This document shows, in pieces, positions 61,032-64,000 of a DNA stretch of 64,000 nt. The first letter of the stretch is position 1. The number at the start of each line of letters is the position of its first letter. The notes below the pieces were generated by a model. It saw nothing but the letters and a program-made list of their open reading frames with translations. It was not told where the DNA came from and ran no database searches. The stretch spans positions 4,030,001 through 4,094,000 of the forward strand of contig CM026547.1 of the NCBI GenBank assembly GCA_014905635.1, in the 5' to 3' direction. This stretch comes from Scenedesmus sp. PABB004. Its lineage: Eukaryota. Position numbers and translations under genes: made by a program.

Positions 61032-62992
61032 ATGCCGCTGGCGGGCCTCCTGAGCCCCACGCTCGGGCAGGCAGCGCCATGCAGCAGCCGCCCGCGCACG
61101 CCGCCGATGCCGCCTGCGCTCCCCCGCCCGCGCCGCGCCGCCGCCGCGTCCGCCGCTGAGGCGAGCGCGGCGCGGCGGCGCGGCTGCGTGGTGCGCGCCG
61201 CGGGCGCCGCGGGCGCCGAGCCGGCGGCCTCGCGGCTCGGCTGCGTGGCGCGCGCCGCGGGCGCCGCAGGCGTCGAGCCGGCGGTCTCGCGGCTCGGCTG
61301 GAGCTCGGGGTTTGCCTCGACCTACTCGCTCGGCGCCGTAATCGGCGCGGGCGCGTTTGGCGTGGTGCGCGAGGCGGTGCACAGGGGCAGCGGGCGGGTG
61401 CTCGCGGTCAAGGTGCTGCGCAAGGCGGGCGCGCGGCTCGAGGCCATCGCGCACGAGGCCGACGCCTGGCGCCAGGCCCAGGCCGGCAGCCGCTTCGTGG
61501 CGCGCCTGGAGGGCCTCTTCGAGGTGCGCACGCGCTGCGCGCCCCCGCTGGCCGCGCCGCGCTCGCGCGCCTGCGTGTGCCGCTGGCGCCGTCGCGCTGA
61601 CGCGCCTGCGTGCCGCTGGCGGCACGCGCTCGCGCGCCCGCGCGTGCTGCCGCGCTCACGCGCGCCCGCGGCCGCGCCGCCGCGCCGCAGGACGACGAGC
61701 ACGCGTACATGGTGTCGGAGCTCTGCGCCGGCGGCGACCTCAAGTCGCGCCTCGACGCCGCGTGCGTGCTGCCGGAGGCCGCCGCGGCGGGCGCGATCGC
61801 CGCGGTGCTCGACGCGGTCGCCGGCCTGCACCGCCAGCACGTCTGCCACGGCGACGTGAAGCCCGCCAACATCGTGCTGCTCGCCGACGACGGCGACGGC
61901 GGCGCTGCGCCGCCGTCGGCTCGGCTCGTCGACTTTGGCAGCTCCCGCCGCGCCGCGCGCGGCCCGCTCACGGCGGCGTGCGGGTCGCCCGCGTACTCGG
62001 CGCCCGAGGTCACGCTGCAGCGCTACGGCGTGGGCGTCGACGTCTGGGCCGCGGGCGTGGTGGTGAGCCGCCGCCGCTCTTGCCGCTGCTCGGCCGCCGG
62101 CCCTGCGCCCCGCCGCCCCGCGCGGCGCCCCCTCACCCACCCACCCCGCGACGCCCCGCGCCGCCCCGCGCCGCCCCGCGCCGCGCAGCTGTACCAGATG
62201 CTGTCTGGGCGCCTGCCGTTCTGGCCCCACCGCACGATGGACGACGTCGCGCGCCTGCCCCACTGGCAGGTGCTCAGCGACGTGCGCACCGCGGAGCTGC
62301 AGTTCCCGGCCGACGCGTGGGCCGGCGTGAGCGCGGGCGCGCGCGACCTCATTGCACGCATGCTCGACCGCGATCCCGCCGCGCGCATCACCGCGGAGGC
62401 CGCGCTCGCTCACCCCTGGCTCGCAGCGGCGCGCGGCGCGCCGGCGCCCGCGCCGGCGCCCGCGCCGGCGCCCGCGTCGCCGGCCGCGCCGCCGGCCGCG
62501 CCGCTGGCCAACAACGTGGTCTCGGCCGCCTTTGCGCTCGCCCGCGGCGGCGGCGCGCCGAGCCCGAGCCGCGCGGGCGGCCTCGTCACGCCCGACGCGC
62601 CTGGCGGCGGGCGCGCGCGGCGGCCCGCCGTGCCTGCAGGAGCTGCAGCGCGTCGAGGCTGCGGTCGCCGCGCCGGCTGCCGAGTGAGGCGGCCGCGCGG
62701 AGAGGCGGGCTGGTCAGCGGCTGCCAGGCAGCGGCCAGGCCCTCCGGCCGGTGCAGCGCCCGCCGCCATGGCTGGCGCGCACACACACACACCAGACATG
62801 CACGCACGCGTGGCAGCTGCCCGGGCGCCCGCTGCCCGGGCACCTGTTGCGCCCCCTGCATGCGCCCCACGCGGCGCGGCGGCGCCGCCGCCCCCCAGCC
62901 GGGGGCGGCGCAGGCTCCAGGTGGCGACAGCACCGGCAGCACCCGCCGCCGTGAACGTGCGCGGCCGCCGCCTGCCTGTCTCGTGCCAATGA
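61032..62992 (+). CDS. Ser/Thr protein kinase, CAMK/CDPK-like catalytic domain without EF-hands; 3 exons
   Basis: IGAGAFGVV; AVKVLRK; YMVSELCAGGDL; HGDVKPANI; LVDFG; GSPAYSAPE; DVWAAGVV|LYQMLSGRLPFW; RITAEAALAHPWL. The C-terminus is uncertain: the frame is open to 62992, but a better-coded tail in another frame ends at TGA 62687. Confidence 0.9.
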
Positions 62993-63689
62993 ATTGCCAC
63001 CGCTGTGTGCGGCGCGCCCCAGCGCGCGGCGGCAGCGGCGGCGGCAGCGCGGCCTGGGATGTCCTGCAAGCTCTGAACCTGGCCGCGCGCCAACAAGCAC
63101 TGCCGCTGCACGGCGGTCGCTCGCCCCCCCCCCCCCCCGGAGCGCCGGGCGGCTGCCGCGCACAGCACACACACATGCATGTGTGTTGCGCGCCCCTGCT
63201 GTGGTGGTCTGGGCGCAGCAGGCAGGTCTCACGCGCGCGCTGACGTTTGATCCGACGCAGCCACGACCGAGGGGCGGGGGGTCGGGGCACGACTGATCGA
63301 GGGGGGGGGGGGCGCTGGCTCGCAGCCATTGCGCGGCCGCCAGTGCCCGTCTGCGCTTGTGCATTGCCTTCGCTCTGTCTTCCATCTTCCACTGCACCAA
63401 TTCGCGCCACCCCCGCGACCACCACCAGGGTTTGGCGCCACGCGCGACACAGTCAGCCCAGCTCACTTCAGGCAGGCAGTCGCACCATCCCTTCATTGCA
63501 GTCCCGACCGCGACGCGGCGTCCCCTCCTGCATTGCTAAGTGCTCGTGTGCGTGCGAACCGAGCTCTCTCTCGGGGCGGGCGCTGCAAGCGCCGTGCTGC
63601 CCGCCAGCGTGCGCGCGTCGTGCGCGGCGCGCGCGCGCGTCTGACGTCTTGATCGGCCACCCCGGCGGGCGCGGGGGCGCGCTGGATCA

Positions 63690-64000
63690 ATTGATTGATT
63701 GGCCGCTGATGGAACGGCAACCGACGCAGCGTGACGCGGCGACCGCGGCGCGGTCAGCCGGCGGGGAGTGACAGCCAGACCGCATCCGCGTCGCACGGCG
63801 TGCCCGCCCGGTGCCGGCGCCGCCGGTTGGCACCACTGCATTGGCGTCCAGCTTCCGGCGGCCTGGGCCGGGGCGAGCGCGGGCGGGGAGGTCGCCGGCC
63901 GCCGCCGCGCGCGGGAGTGAGAGGCGGCCGCCAATCGCCCGCGCCAATGGGTGCCGCCGTGGCGCGCCTGCGTGCCGGCGCCGTCTCTCCGCGCCATGCG
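63690..64000 (+). promoter_or_regulatory. Probable promoter of the next gene (several CCAAT/ATTGG boxes, GCCATG at the window end)
   Basis: ATTGG near 63698 and 63840, CCAAT near 63931 and 63944, ATG at 63996 in GCCATG context. Confidence 0.3.

Overview
This is eukaryotic nuclear DNA, not prokaryotic. It is extremely GC-rich (roughly 80% by eye) and gene-dense, and the genes are split by many short (about 80-200 nt) spliceosomal introns. Gene content (plant-type SPS, SCY2, PLATZ, plastid RF2) points to a chlorophyte green alga, probably Sphaeropleales-like (inference). Most long ORFs in the supplied track are GC-driven shadow frames, so the real genes were stitched together across introns. 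I can support about 19 protein-coding genes: plastid release factor 2, an EF-hand protein, VPS8, an LRR protein with a C-terminal eIF4E-binding motif (CERES-like), sucrose-phosphate synthase, HBS1/SKI7, a small ubiquitin-like protein, an RFC small subunit, GCP2, an ankyrin-like repeat protein, an ASY3/ASY4-like coiled-coil protein, a Kv-beta aldo-keto reductase, DUF4202, SCY2, an unknown coiled-coil/TPR-like protein, ribokinase, PLATZ, an Hsp70 lacking its substrate-binding domain, and a CAMK/CDPK-like kinase. Highlights: (1) a ~640-bp inverted duplication gives two unrelated genes (SCY2 and ribokinase) the same promoter, first exon, first intron and transit peptide, and it ends exactly at an internal ribokinase ATG; (2) the HBS1 gene has an in-frame skippable exon carrying the Ski7 exosome-binding motif; (3) a perfect 26-bp intergenic hairpin (pre-miRNA candidate); (4) an unusually high number of GC-AG introns; (5) an apparent frameshift in VPS8 that a cryptic GC-AG intron could rescue. 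Family assignments come from recalled motifs, not database searches. CDS coordinates span start to stop and include introns.
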